Below, piece after piece: positions 17,746-28,340 of a stretch of 41,297 nucleotides of DNA. The stretch comes from a virus (lineage: Duplodnaviria; Heunggongvirae; Uroviricota; Caudoviricetes). Position 1 is the first letter of the stretch. Each line of letters begins with the position of its first letter. The position numbers and the translations under genes were made by a program. Under the pieces are notes generated by a model that did no database searches, was not told the origin of the DNA, and worked only from the letters and a program-made list of their open reading frames with translations. Where the stretch lies: the IMG/VR virus record IMGVR_UViG_2897346870_000001, positions 1-41,297 of that record. The stretch is one strand, 5' to 3'.

Positions 17746-18732
17746 ATGGCTGTTAAAGGCTTAACTGCGCTGACGCTGGCTGACTGGGGTAAGCGCGTCG
17801 ATCCAAACGGGAAAGTCGATAAGATTATCGAGCTTCTCGGTCAAACTAACCCGATCCTTCAGGATATGCCTTTTGTCGAAGGGAACCTTCCTACCGGACA
17901 CCGAACCACCATTCGTTCTGGTTTACCTTCAGCTACCTGGCGTTTGCTGAACTATGGCGTACAGCCAAGCAAATCAACCACAGTGCAGGTAACCGATTCC
18001 GTGGGCATGCTGGAAACCTATGCTGAAGTCGATAAGTCACTGGCTGATCTGAACGGCAATACCGCCGAATTCCGCCTGTCTGAAGACCGCGCATTTATTG
18101 AAGCGATGAATCAGCAGATGGCGCAGACGCTGTTTTATGGTGATTCCAGCGTTAACCCTCAGCAGTTTATGGGACTGTCCTCCCGCTATTCCAGCCTGTC
18201 TGCGGGTAATGCTCAGAACATCATTGATGCTGGTGGCACGGGTACAGATAACACCTCAATCTGGTTAGTAGTGTGGGGCGAAAACACCGTGCATGGCATC
18301 TTCCCGAAAGGGCAGAAGGCTGGCATCCAGATGGAAGATAAAGGCCAGGTGACACTGGAAGATGCGAATGGCGGCAAGTACGAAGGCTACCGTACCCATT
18401 ACAAATGGGACAACGGACTTGCTCTGCGTGACTGGCGTTATGTTGTTCGCATTGCAAACATCGATGTCAGCAATCTTTCAGAACCTTCCTCTGCCGCAAA
18501 TATTGCGAAGTTGATGGTTAAAGCACTGCATCGCATTCCAAACCGTGGCATGGGCCGCCCGGTGTTCTACATGAACCGCACTGTAGGCCAGGCTCTTGAT
18601 CTGCAGTCTCTGGAGAAAACATCTCTGGCTATCAGCGTAAAAGAGACTGAAGGCGAGTGGTGGACTTCATTCCGTGGTGTACCAATCCGTGAAACTGATG
18701 CGCTTCTGGAAACAGAAGCCCGCGTGGTGTAA
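17746..18732 (+). CDS. Major capsid protein
   Basis: About 329 aa, immediately after the scaffold; GAGG Shine-Dalgarno; followed by small head genes and a strong terminator. Confidence 0.65.
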   Translation: MAVKGLTALTLADWGKRVDPNGKVDKIIELLGQTNPILQDMPFVEGNLPTGHRTTIRSGLPSATWRLLNYGVQPSKSTTVQVTDSVGMLETYAEVDKSLADLNGNTAEFRLSEDRAFIEAMNQQMAQTLFYGDSSVNPQQFMGLSSRYSSLSAGNAQNIIDAGGTGTDNTSIWLVVWGENTVHGIFPKGQKAGIQMEDKGQVTLEDANGGKYEGYRTHYKWDNGLALRDWRYVVRIANIDVSNLSEPSSAANIAKLMVKALHRIPNRGMGRPVFYMNRTVGQALDLQSLEKTSLAISVKETEGEWWTSFRGVPIRETDALLETEARVV

Positions 18733-18783
18733 CGCCTGTTATTAACCTGTGGGTCGTAACAGACCCACTAATGGAGAAAGAAG

Positions 18784-19221
18784 ATGATCACCGACAAACT
18801 GTTGATGTTCTCCGAAGCACAGGCGGTAACTGATACCGCGGCTTCTACTGACGTAATCGATCTCGGTCCAATTGACGGAAAACGTCGTGATATCGGCGTG
18901 GGTTACCCGCTTGAATTTTGGGCGCTGGTTAACACAGCCGCCGCGGCAAGCGGTGATGCAACTGTAAACATCCAGTTGCAAACGAGTGAGAATAACAGCT
19001 CTTGGACCACTATTTATGATAGTGGTGCGTTGGCAAAGGCCACCCTGACAGCAGGTAAGCGAGTTGTTTCTGCAAAGGTGCCAGCCGGTGTTCAGCGATA
19101 TCTGCGTGTTAACTACTCCGTCGCAACTGGCCCACTAACGGCTGGCAAATTCACTGCGGGTATCAGTCTGGATGTTGATGCCAATACGCCGTACCCGATC
19201 CGCTCAAAAGTAACTGGTTAA
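18784..19221 (+). CDS. Putative capsid decoration/cement protein
   Basis: 145 aa, directly downstream of the capsid gene; beta-rich composition; assignment positional. Confidence 0.35.
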   Translation: MITDKLLMFSEAQAVTDTAASTDVIDLGPIDGKRRDIGVGYPLEFWALVNTAAAASGDATVNIQLQTSENNSSWTTIYDSGALAKATLTAGKRVVSAKVPAGVQRYLRVNYSVATGPLTAGKFTAGISLDVDANTPYPIRSKVTG

Positions 19222-19222
19222 G

Positions 19223-19567
19223 GTGATATCGATGTCAGGTGAGAAACCAAGATACCGCGTTCTGCGCCTCTCTCATATCCATAACACACTGTGGCCGGAG
19301 GGGGCAGAAATCGAATACGAAGGTGAGCCTGGTAGCGCACTGGAACCTGTTAACGATGCAGCCAGACAGGCAAAAGCAAAGGTAGCAGGAAAGGTGTCTA
19401 TGGCAGCAACCAGCACCAAAATCATCAACGATGTGTCAGATGATGGTGAACTGGATAAGCTCCGTGAAGAGTACGAATTGCTCTTTAACGAGAAGCCACA
19501 CCATAACGCCAAAGCCGAAACGCTCCGCGAGAAGATCGCAGATAAGCGTAAAGAACTGGGCGTGTAA
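19223..19567 (+). CDS. Hypothetical head-module protein
   Basis: 114-aa ORF ending just before the terminator. Confidence 0.4.
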   Translation: MISMSGEKPRYRVLRLSHIHNTLWPEGAEIEYEGEPGSALEPVNDAARQAKAKVAGKVSMAATSTKIINDVSDDGELDKLREEYELLFNEKPHHNAKAETLREKIADKRKELGV

Positions 19568-19584
19568 GCCTCGCGAATCCGACA

Positions 19585-19605
19585 AGGGGCTTCGGCCCCT
19601 TTATT
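19585..19605 (+). terminator. Rho-independent terminator after the head genes
   Basis: AGGGGC-TTCG-GCCCCT hairpin followed by TTATT. Confidence 0.6.
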
Positions 19606-19617
19606 GCAGGAGTGTAT

Positions 19618-19941
19618 ATGGAACTCGTAAACCTCAAAACCGGCACTGACAGCTACCAGGATGAGAGCGGAGAAACCAGAACTCGCGATGAATACCCGTG
19701 GGGGCTGTGCATCACTCTTAATAACGACACATTGAATAAGCTGAAGGCGCAACCTCAGGGCGTCGGAACAGAAGTGATGATAACTGCAAAGGCTGTTATT
19801 CGAGGCCTGTCTGCCAGAGAAACTGACGATGGTGTTAATCGCAGCGCCGATCTGCAGATCACTGATATGGCGATCGCTCCTGTTTCCGGGGATGTAGAAA
19901 AATCAGCGGCTGAAACTCTGTACGGCAATGGGGGTGAGTAA
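19618..19941 (+). CDS. Hypothetical virion protein
   Basis: 107 aa from the ATG at 19618 with AGGAG Shine-Dalgarno; first gene of the tail operon. Confidence 0.4.
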   Translation: MELVNLKTGTDSYQDESGETRTRDEYPWGLCITLNNDTLNKLKAQPQGVGTEVMITAKAVIRGLSARETDDGVNRSADLQITDMAIAPVSGDVEKSAAETLYGNGGE

Positions 19942-20546
19942 TGGCCTCTGTAGTAGAGATCTGCAATCGTGCGCTGTCCAATATTGGCAATAGCCGCAGC
20001 ATTAACAGCCTGACGGAAGCCAGCAAGGAAGCGGGGGAATGTTCGCTGCACTTTGAGGCCTGCCGTGATGCTGTGCTTTCTGATTTTGACTGGAACTTTG
20101 CTACCAAACGCGTGGCGCTTGCAGATACGAGCAATCCACCGCCTGACTGGGAATATGCGTATCAGTACCCGTCCGATTGTCTGCGCATTACTGAAATTAT
20201 GCTTCCTGGTGTACGCAATCCAACAGCAGCAATGCGTGTTCAGTACGAAGTTGGTGCAGACACCAACGGAACAGGAAAGTTGATCTACACAGACCAGCCG
20301 CAGGCATGGCTCAAGTATGTCTCTCGCGTTACAGATGTGAACATGTTTGATGCCATTTTTATGGAGGCGTTGGCCTGGCGTCTTGCGGCAGCTATTAACA
20401 TGGCGCTGACTGGGAATGCAGACCTCGGTACGTTTGCCCTCAATATGTACAATCGCGTGATTCTTAGTGCTGGCTCGCATAGCCAGAATGAATCACAGGA
20501 ACCACAGCCACCGGTTGACGAGTTTACCATTGCGAGGTTGTCCTGA
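19941..20546 (+). CDS. Tail tubular protein A-like (gp11-type adaptor)
   Basis: 201 aa; position and N-terminal pattern (EICNRALSNIGNSRSINSL) consistent with podovirus gp11-type proteins; weak by-eye match. Confidence 0.45.
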   Translation: MASVVEICNRALSNIGNSRSINSLTEASKEAGECSLHFEACRDAVLSDFDWNFATKRVALADTSNPPPDWEYAYQYPSDCLRITEIMLPGVRNPTAAMRVQYEVGADTNGTGKLIYTDQPQAWLKYVSRVTDVNMFDAIFMEALAWRLAAAINMALTGNADLGTFALNMYNRVILSAGSHSQNESQEPQPPVDEFTIARLS

Positions 20547-23011
20547 TGGCTATCAGTTGGATCCAGCCCAGCTTTGCCGGTGGTGAGATTGGACCGTCGT
20601 TGTACGGTCGTATCGACATGGCGAAGTACCAGGTGGCATTGCGCAAGTGCGATAACTTTATCGTGCGGCAGTATGGCGGCGTTGAGAATCGACCTGGTAC
20701 GCGTTTTGTCGGTGCCGCCAAATACCCAAATCGGAAATGCCGTCTGATCCCGTTCCAGTTCTCGACGGTTCAGACCTATGCTCTGGAGTTCGGACACCAG
20801 TACATGCGCGTTATCAAAGATGGTGCGTTGGTGCTGAACAGCAGCAATGTTATTTATGAAATTTCCACGCCATATACTGAAGCCGATCTGTTCCGAATTA
20901 AATTTACGCAAAGCGCCGACGTGCTTACGCTGGTTCACCCGGCATACCCGCCGAAAGAGGTGCGCCGCTATGCGCATGACAACTGGCAACTGGTTGATGT
21001 GGTAACGAAGAACGGGCCATTTGAAGATATCAATATTGACGAGTCAGTGACGGTTTATGCCAGCGCCAGCACCGGGACAATTACGTTAACGGCAAACGCC
21101 TCTATTTTTGGCGCGGAGCAGGTAGGCAAATTGTTCTATCTGGAACAGCCTGCAGTGGATTCAGTGCCGGTATGGGAAACCAGTAAGAGTACGTCGATTG
21201 GCGATATTCGCCGTGCAGACAGTAACTACTATCGCGCCGTTACAGCAGGCAAAACAGGCACTTTGCGCCCTTCGCATACAGAAGGCACATCATGGGATGG
21301 CTGGGGCGGATCCGGTGATGATGATACCGGCATTGAGTGGGAATATCTGCACAGTGGTTTTGGCATTGCCCGTATCACTGCTGCAAATGGAACTACTGCA
21401 ACTGCCGAGGTGATTTCCTATATCCCTTCGCAGGTCGTTGGCGAGGATAATGCCAGCTATAAATGGGCTAAATATGCCTGGAACAGTGTTAATGGTTATC
21501 CTGGCACTGTTGTTTATTATCAACAACGTCTTTACTTCGCCGCATCGACTGCGTTTCCTCAGACTATCTGGGCCAGCCGTACCGGGGATTATAAGGATTT
21601 TGGCAAAAGCAATCCTACGCAGGATGACGACAGAATTATCTACACCTATGCCGGACGTCAGGTTAATGAGATCCGCCACCTGATTGATGTTGGTTCTCTG
21701 GTGGCGCTGACTTCCGGAGGTGAGTACGTCATCACCGGCGACCAGAACAAAGTGTTAACCCCATCATCATTTGCATTCAGCTCTCAGGGATCAAATGGCT
21801 CAAGCAACGTCCCGCCAATTGCCGTGGCGAATATTGCTCTGTTCGTCCAGGAGAAAGGCAGCGTTGTCCGTGATCTGGCCTACTCATTCGATGTTGACGG
21901 CTATCAGGGGAACGACCTGACCATCCTTGCCAATCATCTTTTTCAGAAGCACAGCATTGTTGACTGGTGCTTCTCGATTGTCCCTTACTCCAGTGCCTTC
22001 TGCATTCGTGATGACGGTAAATTACTGGTGATGACCTATTTGCGTGATCAGCAGGTTTTTGCATGGGCACCACAATCCAGTACCGGAAAATATGAAAGCA
22101 CATGCAGTATCAGCGAAGGCAATGAAGATGCGGTGTATTTCGTCGTTAACCGAACCGTTAACGGGCAAACAGTGAGATACATCGAGCGACTGTCCAGCCG
22201 TTTATTTACCAGCGATGAAGATGCTTTCTTTGTTGATTCTGGCCTTAGCTATGATGGAAGAAATACGTCTGACAGAACGATGATCATCACTGGTGGTTCT
22301 GGCGAATGGGATTACCGCGCGGAATATACAATCAGTGTTTCTGGTGGTGCGTACTTCACCAGTAGTGATGTCGGCGCGCAACTACAGTTCCCTTATACCG
22401 GACCTGATACTGGCGATGAGGTGTCAAAAGAATTACGTTGCGACATTATTTCTGTAACCAGTAATACCGCTGTAGTGGTTCGTGCTAACAGGAACGTCCC
22501 GCCATCCCTCAGGAATGTGGCCACCACGAACTGGCAGATGGCGCGCCGGACATTTGGAGGCCTGTCTCATCTTGAAGGCCAGACCGTAAACATTCTCTCT
22601 GATGCGAACGTGGAACCACAGAAAGTGGTTTCCGGAGGTGCCGTCACGCTGGAATCTCCGGGGGCTGTAGTGCACATCGGCCTGCCAATAATTGCTGAAT
22701 TCGAAACACTGGATATCAACATTAACGGACAGGAAACGCTGCTGGACAAAAAACAGGTGATCCCGTCCGTTACTCTGGTTGTGAATGCCAGTCGCGGCAT
22801 CTGGGCGACTACGCCCGGCGGTAAATGGTACGAATATCCACAGCGTGAATTCGAGTTCTACGATGATCCTGTTGATGATGCTACCGGAAAAGTAGAAGTG
22901 AAACTGGACAGTAACTGGGGCAAAAACGGGCGTGTAAAAATCCGTCAGCTTGACCCGTTGCCGCTGTCTGTTCTTGCCGTTATTCCTCGCCTTACTGTTG
23001 GGGGATTCTGA
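20546..23011 (+). CDS. Tail tubular protein B-like (gp12-type nozzle)
   Basis: 821 aa immediately after the gp11-like gene; N-terminus IQPSFAGGEIGPSLYGRID. Confidence 0.5.
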   Translation: MAISWIQPSFAGGEIGPSLYGRIDMAKYQVALRKCDNFIVRQYGGVENRPGTRFVGAAKYPNRKCRLIPFQFSTVQTYALEFGHQYMRVIKDGALVLNSSNVIYEISTPYTEADLFRIKFTQSADVLTLVHPAYPPKEVRRYAHDNWQLVDVVTKNGPFEDINIDESVTVYASASTGTITLTANASIFGAEQVGKLFYLEQPAVDSVPVWETSKSTSIGDIRRADSNYYRAVTAGKTGTLRPSHTEGTSWDGWGGSGDDDTGIEWEYLHSGFGIARITAANGTTATAEVISYIPSQVVGEDNASYKWAKYAWNSVNGYPGTVVYYQQRLYFAASTAFPQTIWASRTGDYKDFGKSNPTQDDDRIIYTYAGRQVNEIRHLIDVGSLVALTSGGEYVITGDQNKVLTPSSFAFSSQGSNGSSNVPPIAVANIALFVQEKGSVVRDLAYSFDVDGYQGNDLTILANHLFQKHSIVDWCFSIVPYSSAFCIRDDGKLLVMTYLRDQQVFAWAPQSSTGKYESTCSISEGNEDAVYFVVNRTVNGQTVRYIERLSSRLFTSDEDAFFVDSGLSYDGRNTSDRTMIITGGSGEWDYRAEYTISVSGGAYFTSSDVGAQLQFPYTGPDTGDEVSKELRCDIISVTSNTAVVVRANRNVPPSLRNVATTNWQMARRTFGGLSHLEGQTVNILSDANVEPQKVVSGGAVTLESPGAVVHIGLPIIAEFETLDININGQETLLDKKQVIPSVTLVVNASRGIWATTPGGKWYEYPQREFEFYDDPVDDATGKVEVKLDSNWGKNGRVKIRQLDPLPLSVLAVIPRLTVGGF

Positions 23012-23475
23012 TGATCGATGTTCAAATTATTCCCGCCACCGAAGAGCATCTTCAGATGATTTTGCCGGATGTTCGTCAGGCTGATATTGACGAACTGTAT
23101 GCGGTATCGCTGATGACTACCGAAGATGCGCTGCGTGTTGGTCTTCGCACTGCGACTATGGCCTGGTCAGGGTTCGCGAACGGAGAACTGGTAACCATGT
23201 TTGGCGTATCTCCGGCGTCAATGATCGGTGGCAATGGTACGCCCTGGCTGGTCGGAACCAGCCGTATCGAAAAATATCAGAAGACATTTCTTCGCCACTG
23301 CCGCCCTGTATTGCAGCAGATGCTGGCAGTTTATCCGCGCCTGGAAAACTATGTCGACGAGCGAAACCATGTTGCCAAAGCATGGCTGCACTGGCTTGGA
23401 TTCAGGCTTGAAGAAGCCGCGCCTTATGGTGCTCTTGGTCTTAATTTCCACAGATTTCACATGGAGAGAAAATAA
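23011..23475 (+). CDS. Putative virion/internal core protein
   Basis: 154 aa between the tail tube and ejection protein genes. Confidence 0.4.
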   Translation: MIDVQIIPATEEHLQMILPDVRQADIDELYAVSLMTTEDALRVGLRTATMAWSGFANGELVTMFGVSPASMIGGNGTPWLVGTSRIEKYQKTFLRHCRPVLQQMLAVYPRLENYVDERNHVAKAWLHWLGFRLEEAAPYGALGLNFHRFHMERK

Positions 23476-24020
23476 TGTGCGATCCGGTTATTGCTGGTGG
23501 CGCAATGCTCGCCATGAGTGGCATTCAGGCATACACCCAGTACCAACAGGGAAGGTATGCCTCGAAGGTTGCAGAAGCGAACGCAGATATAGCCACAGCT
23601 CAGGCAAATGATGCAATAAACAGGGGTAACGCTGAAGCTGAGCAACGGCGCAGAGAGACCCGACAGCGGCTTGGTACACAGGTGGCGACAATGGGGGCGA
23701 CCGGCGCCGATTTATCTACCGGTAACGCGCTGGATATATTTGGCGACACTGCCCAGTTTGGCACTCTTGATTCGCTGACGACGGTGAATAACGCGCAACG
23801 CGAGGCTTACGGTTATCAGGTTCAGGCTGCCAACTATAAAGCAGAAGCCAGTTCAGCACGTAAACAGGGGAATGTAGGAGCAGCAACAACATTGCTCACT
23901 GCGCCTCTGAAGGCATACGGTGCGTACCAGATGTTTGGTGGGACGTGGAGTCCGTTTACTCAAAGCACTCCTGCGCCAATCGGGGCAGCAGCAGGAACCA
24001 GATTACCCGGAGGATTATAA
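23475..24020 (+). CDS. Internal virion protein (gp14-like)
   Basis: 181 aa, N-terminal hydrophobic segment then Ala/Gln-rich helical region. Confidence 0.45.
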   Translation: MCDPVIAGGAMLAMSGIQAYTQYQQGRYASKVAEANADIATAQANDAINRGNAEAEQRRRETRQRLGTQVATMGATGADLSTGNALDIFGDTAQFGTLDSLTTVNNAQREAYGYQVQAANYKAEASSARKQGNVGAATTLLTAPLKAYGAYQMFGGTWSPFTQSTPAPIGAAAGTRLPGGL

Positions 24021-26641
24021 TGCCAGTCGTACCAACAGTATCCGGACGTCAGGTTGAGAGTCGTGGAGTTCAGTCAGCAGGCTTGCAGACGTTTTCTCAG
24101 CCAGGTATTGGTGATGCTTTTGTTCGGGCAGGGACAGAGGCAATTGATGTTTTGGGGCAGGCAAAACAGCGTGCCAATATCGCTCTGGCTCAGGAGGCAT
24201 CTCTTAACCTCAGTCAGATAAGCAGCGATCTGCTGAATAATCCTGAAACAGGTTTGCTTAACCTGAAAGGGAAAAATGCTATTGGAAAAGGTCAGGAGTA
24301 TACGCAGCAGTTTGATGCTCAGATCGAACAACTGGCTATGTCGCTGCCGGATGAACAGGCTCGTAATGCTTTCATGCAGCAGGCACAGCAGCAGCGCATT
24401 CAGTTCACTACGCAGGCCGGGAGGTACGAAATAGGACAGGTTCGCCAGTATGAGGCGGATATGCAGGATGCGACACTAAAAAACCTATCGATGCAGTTCC
24501 GTAACCCGACAATGGCAAACCAGGCAGGATTGAAGGCATATCATAGCATCATCGCTTACGGCGAAGCCCACGGCCAGAGTCAGGAAGAGATCGAACAGAA
24601 CTGGGTTTCGTGGCGCGAGAATGCCGCGAACGGTGCGGCGGAGGCGTGGTATGTGCCGATGTATCAACAGATGATGGGTCCGAACGGCAAGATTGAGGTA
24701 ACCGATACACCGAGTGAGGCGCAGTTATTCTCTGCAATAATCTGGCAGGAGAGTGGCGGAAATCAGTACGGAAAGGACGGAACACCTCTGGTGTCGCCAA
24801 AAGGCGCTGTTGGCGTAGCGCAGGTGACGGAAGATACTGGCCCCGAAGCTGCCCGCCTTGCTGGCGTGTCGTGGGACCGAGATAAATGGTTGAATGACCC
24901 GCGCTATAATGCCCGCTTGGGGCAAGCTTATTTCGGCGCGCAGATGAAGAAATACGACAATAACCCGGTTCTGGCAGTAGCTGCCTATAACGCTGGCCCA
25001 GGAAAGGTTGACGGCTGGATTAAACAGATTGGCGATCCGCGCACAGGCGAAGTCAGTGACGCCCAGTTTGCCGCAGCTATCCCATACGACGAGACGCGCA
25101 ATTATGTGGCAAAAGTAACTGGCAGTGCTGGAGCTATTCCTGGATCTGCGACGATGGAAAACCTCATCGCACAGCCATTCTGGAACGCCATGAGTCCGGA
25201 CAAAAAGTCGCAGATGATGAGCAAGGTTGCTGGCATGTACGACATGCAGGCTTCAGCCGGTCGCGTTGCGCTACAGAGTCGAATGCAGGATGACCTATCC
25301 AAAATTGAGGCCGGTAAGCAGGTGACGCCTATTTCAGCGCACGAATGGGCCGCCGTTATGCCGCTTCAGGCAGCGCCTGCCGAGCGCCTGCAGATGGAAA
25401 AAACCTTCCAGCAATACCAGCAGGCAATGACGCTACAACCTGTTTATCAGACCATTATGCAGGGCAACGTCCAGCAGGGTACCGCCGCCGTGCAGGCAAT
25501 GGCACCGCAGGAAAACGACCCTGACTTTAAATACAAAGCAGAGCTTTATGCATCGGCAAAGGTCAAGCTTGGGCAGGTACTGAAGGCGCGGGAAGCGGAT
25601 CCGGGGGCATGGCTGCAACAAAACTCTCCGGTTGTGCAAGCTGCATTCCAGCAGTACCTCAATGACCCTTCATCTGGTGAATACCTGGTTTCCCGCATAC
25701 AGTCTGAAAAAGACCGCCTGGGGATAATGAGCAAAAAAGTTTTACCGGAGTCCATGGTCAACGACGTACTGCAGCGTATTGACAACACGCAGGAATCTAG
25801 CGTAAAGGCCATTCAGTCGGTGGCGCAGTCGTTCGGCAAATACTCGGATCAGGTGATGCAGCAGGTTCAGAAGAACGCTTATCCTGCGTTGCAGGTTGTC
25901 ATGGCTACCGAGAACCCGCGCGCGGCAAATGCGCTCTGGCAAAACCGTAGCGTTAAAACTGCTGACTTACGCGGCAGTCTTGAGAAAACCGACGCGGATA
26001 GCGCCGACTCGTCATGGAATGACCAATCGAAAGATTTTGCAGGCACGATGGTTGTTCAGCCTGGTGGCACTGCCGTGTGGAATAACTTCAACGAGCAGGG
26101 AAAACGACTTACTTACATCAACATGCAGCGCGGAATGTCGGCGTCTGATGCAGCAAAACAGGCGTATCAGGACATCCTCGGCGAGCAGTACCAGACCAAT
26201 GGCACTTGGCGGCTACCTAAGCGTGCAGGGATAGATATTCGTGACGTTAACGATGGTGCCAATGCGTATCTGAAAAACCTGTCAGCAGATCAGATTATGC
26301 CGCTTATTGGTGACCCAAGGCTACCTGATGAGGTTAACCGTGAGCAGAGTATCTCCCGCATTCGTGATAATGCGCAGTGGGTTACCAGCAGCGACGAAAC
26401 AGGACTTACCCTGATGCTCAACGGGCTGATCGTCAACGGTGCCGATGGCAACCCGATTACGGTGACGTTCAACGATCTGGCGAAACTGGGAACAACCAAC
26501 CGATCAGTATGGAACCGCATTACCAAGTTCATTGATACTCCGGTGAAATATACTCCCGGACAGTCTAAGGAATACAGCGCAGAAAGTCAGCGCGACAACC
26601 TGATTAACATTTTCCAGAACGGCCAGCAATCAGGACGATAA
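24020..26641 (+). CDS. Internal virion protein with lytic transglycosylase (SLT) domain
   Basis: SLT signatures IWQESGGNQ ... AYNAGPGKV. Start placed at the ATG overlapping the previous stop (GGAGGA Shine-Dalgarno) rather than the track start 23945. Confidence 0.7.
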   Translation: MPVVPTVSGRQVESRGVQSAGLQTFSQPGIGDAFVRAGTEAIDVLGQAKQRANIALAQEASLNLSQISSDLLNNPETGLLNLKGKNAIGKGQEYTQQFDAQIEQLAMSLPDEQARNAFMQQAQQQRIQFTTQAGRYEIGQVRQYEADMQDATLKNLSMQFRNPTMANQAGLKAYHSIIAYGEAHGQSQEEIEQNWVSWRENAANGAAEAWYVPMYQQMMGPNGKIEVTDTPSEAQLFSAIIWQESGGNQYGKDGTPLVSPKGAVGVAQVTEDTGPEAARLAGVSWDRDKWLNDPRYNARLGQAYFGAQMKKYDNNPVLAVAAYNAGPGKVDGWIKQIGDPRTGEVSDAQFAAAIPYDETRNYVAKVTGSAGAIPGSATMENLIAQPFWNAMSPDKKSQMMSKVAGMYDMQASAGRVALQSRMQDDLSKIEAGKQVTPISAHEWAAVMPLQAAPAERLQMEKTFQQYQQAMTLQPVYQTIMQGNVQQGTAAVQAMAPQENDPDFKYKAELYASAKVKLGQVLKAREADPGAWLQQNSPVVQAAFQQYLNDPSSGEYLVSRIQSEKDRLGIMSKKVLPESMVNDVLQRIDNTQESSVKAIQSVAQSFGKYSDQVMQQVQKNAYPALQVVMATENPRAANALWQNRSVKTADLRGSLEKTDADSADSSWNDQSKDFAGTMVVQPGGTAVWNNFNEQGKRLTYINMQRGMSASDAAKQAYQDILGEQYQTNGTWRLPKRAGIDIRDVNDGANAYLKNLSADQIMPLIGDPRLPDEVNREQSISRIRDNAQWVTSSDETGLTLMLNGLIVNGADGNPITVTFNDLAKLGTTNRSVWNRITKFIDTPVKYTPGQSKEYSAESQRDNLINIFQNGQQSGR

Positions 26642-26642
26642 C

Positions 26643-28340
26643 ATGCCAATTTACACAGATGATCCGGGACAGGGCATTAACCAGCCAATTGGCAACGCGC
26701 CAGCAGGGCTTGGCGAATCGCTGCTTTCTTCCCTTAAGCAGGGATTTGAAGAGGGGCCGGTCATGTCCGGCTACCGCTTTGCGCAGGTCGACTCGCTGGC
26801 GAATGACCCAAACTCTACAGTTATCAGTAAGCAGGACGCAGATGAGCTCCTGAAGCAGTACGGCGTAAAGAGCATAAACGTGCCAGATTCTGGCGTTACG
26901 CAGGCTTTTCTCGATCATGTTATTGCCGAACGCAAAGATTCTCTGGCACGCCAGCAGATTGCGATGTCGGCACCGAGCGGGTGGGTAGCCACGCCGCTTA
27001 ATTTCGCAGCCAGCCTAGCTGGTTCAATGGCAGATCCTGGTAACGTGGCGCTGGCGCTGGTTCCGTTCGCTGGAGAAGCAAAGGCAGCTTCTGTGCTTGG
27101 CCGATTTGGCGAGCGATTTGTTGCGGGTGCACGCATGGGGGCAGCGCAGGCGGTGGTGACCGTGCCGCTTACCGGGCTGGCAGCGGCGGCGGAAGGTGAC
27201 GACTTCACCTATAGCAACGCGTTGGAAAGTACTTTCTTTAACACGATGGCTGGCGGTCTAATGCATGCCGGCGGCGGCCTTATCGCCGATATCGTGCGAC
27301 CGCGTCGCGTTCCCGATGCTGCAACGGGAGAGTCCCCGGCGTTTTCTGGCGATGCGCAGCCAACCCCGGTGATAACGCCTGACAACATTCCGGCGGGCGT
27401 GAATATCCCTGAGGTTGGCGCTAACGCAGATCTGGCGGCGGCCATTTCCAATGAAGCGGAGAGCTACGCATACAGCCGGGCTTATGACGACGTGGTTCCT
27501 GACTATATGGCGCGCCAGCAGGAGTTACAGAGCGGACAGATCGGTAACGTTGCCGACCTGCGTGCCGAGCTTGCGGCTAATCAACGTCATGCTGACTCGC
27601 TTGATGCGACGCTGCAGCAGCGCACCAAAAAGTATCAGGGGCAGCGGATGAAGTTTAAGGATGCGCGCTCTAGGGCACTGAAAGAGATTCAGGCCGAGAA
27701 AGACGCCATCGCTGCACGCAATCAGGAGATCAACACATCGCTGGAGCAGAACGCGACAGCAGAGCAGGCGCGCTGGCGCCAGTCTCAGATTTCCCGCGGC
27801 GAGATCCCCGACGACCTGAAAGTCACCATTTCCGAGCGTGCGCAGCAGATCCTGGACGGCATGCAGATGTCGCCGGTCGCTGGCGCAGTTCGCACTGCCG
27901 CAAGCGCCATCAGGGATGCTGACTGGAGCGTGAACCAGCAGGCGTATCGCGCTGCGCTGGCACACATGATGGAAGGACGTAGCCCAGATGTTGAGCCCTT
28001 CTATGAACTGCACAAATCGGCACTGCGCGAACGCGCCATCCATCGCATACAGAACCCGGCACGGCAGGTTGATGAAACGGCTCGCCCAGCAAGCGAAACA
28101 GCCGATCGGGTTTATCAAGAAACGCAAAAGGCAGATCATGAAATTACCGCTGCCGCTGCAGACCTTGATAACGAGCTCAACCTGAGTAACGCCCTGCTTG
28201 ACGATATCGCTGTCGATAACCCTGATCTTGCGACCACGTTGCGCCAGAAACTCAATGATATTCGTGCCGACGCCAGCGACAATAGCATGAGCAACGCTTT
28301 CCGGGCATTTGCCGCCTGTATGATTAACCGGGGGATGTGA
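26643..28340 (+). CDS. Internal virion (ejection) protein
   Basis: 565 aa, Ala-rich, within the run of large late genes. Confidence 0.5.
   Translation: MPIYTDDPGQGINQPIGNAPAGLGESLLSSLKQGFEEGPVMSGYRFAQVDSLANDPNSTVISKQDADELLKQYGVKSINVPDSGVTQAFLDHVIAERKDSLARQQIAMSAPSGWVATPLNFAASLAGSMADPGNVALALVPFAGEAKAASVLGRFGERFVAGARMGAAQAVVTVPLTGLAAAAEGDDFTYSNALESTFFNTMAGGLMHAGGGLIADIVRPRRVPDAATGESPAFSGDAQPTPVITPDNIPAGVNIPEVGANADLAAAISNEAESYAYSRAYDDVVPDYMARQQELQSGQIGNVADLRAELAANQRHADSLDATLQQRTKKYQGQRMKFKDARSRALKEIQAEKDAIAARNQEINTSLEQNATAEQARWRQSQISRGEIPDDLKVTISERAQQILDGMQMSPVAGAVRTAASAIRDADWSVNQQAYRAALAHMMEGRSPDVEPFYELHKSALRERAIHRIQNPARQVDETARPASETADRVYQETQKADHEITAAAADLDNELNLSNALLDDIAVDNPDLATTLRQKLNDIRADASDNSMSNAFRAFAACMINRGM

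Noticed and set aside
23945-24019. 5' extension of the transglycosylase-domain protein ORF (MESVYSKHSCANRGSSRNQITRRII)
   Set aside because: Overlaps the preceding gene; a strong GGAGGA Shine-Dalgarno and ATG at 24020 give a coupled start instead.
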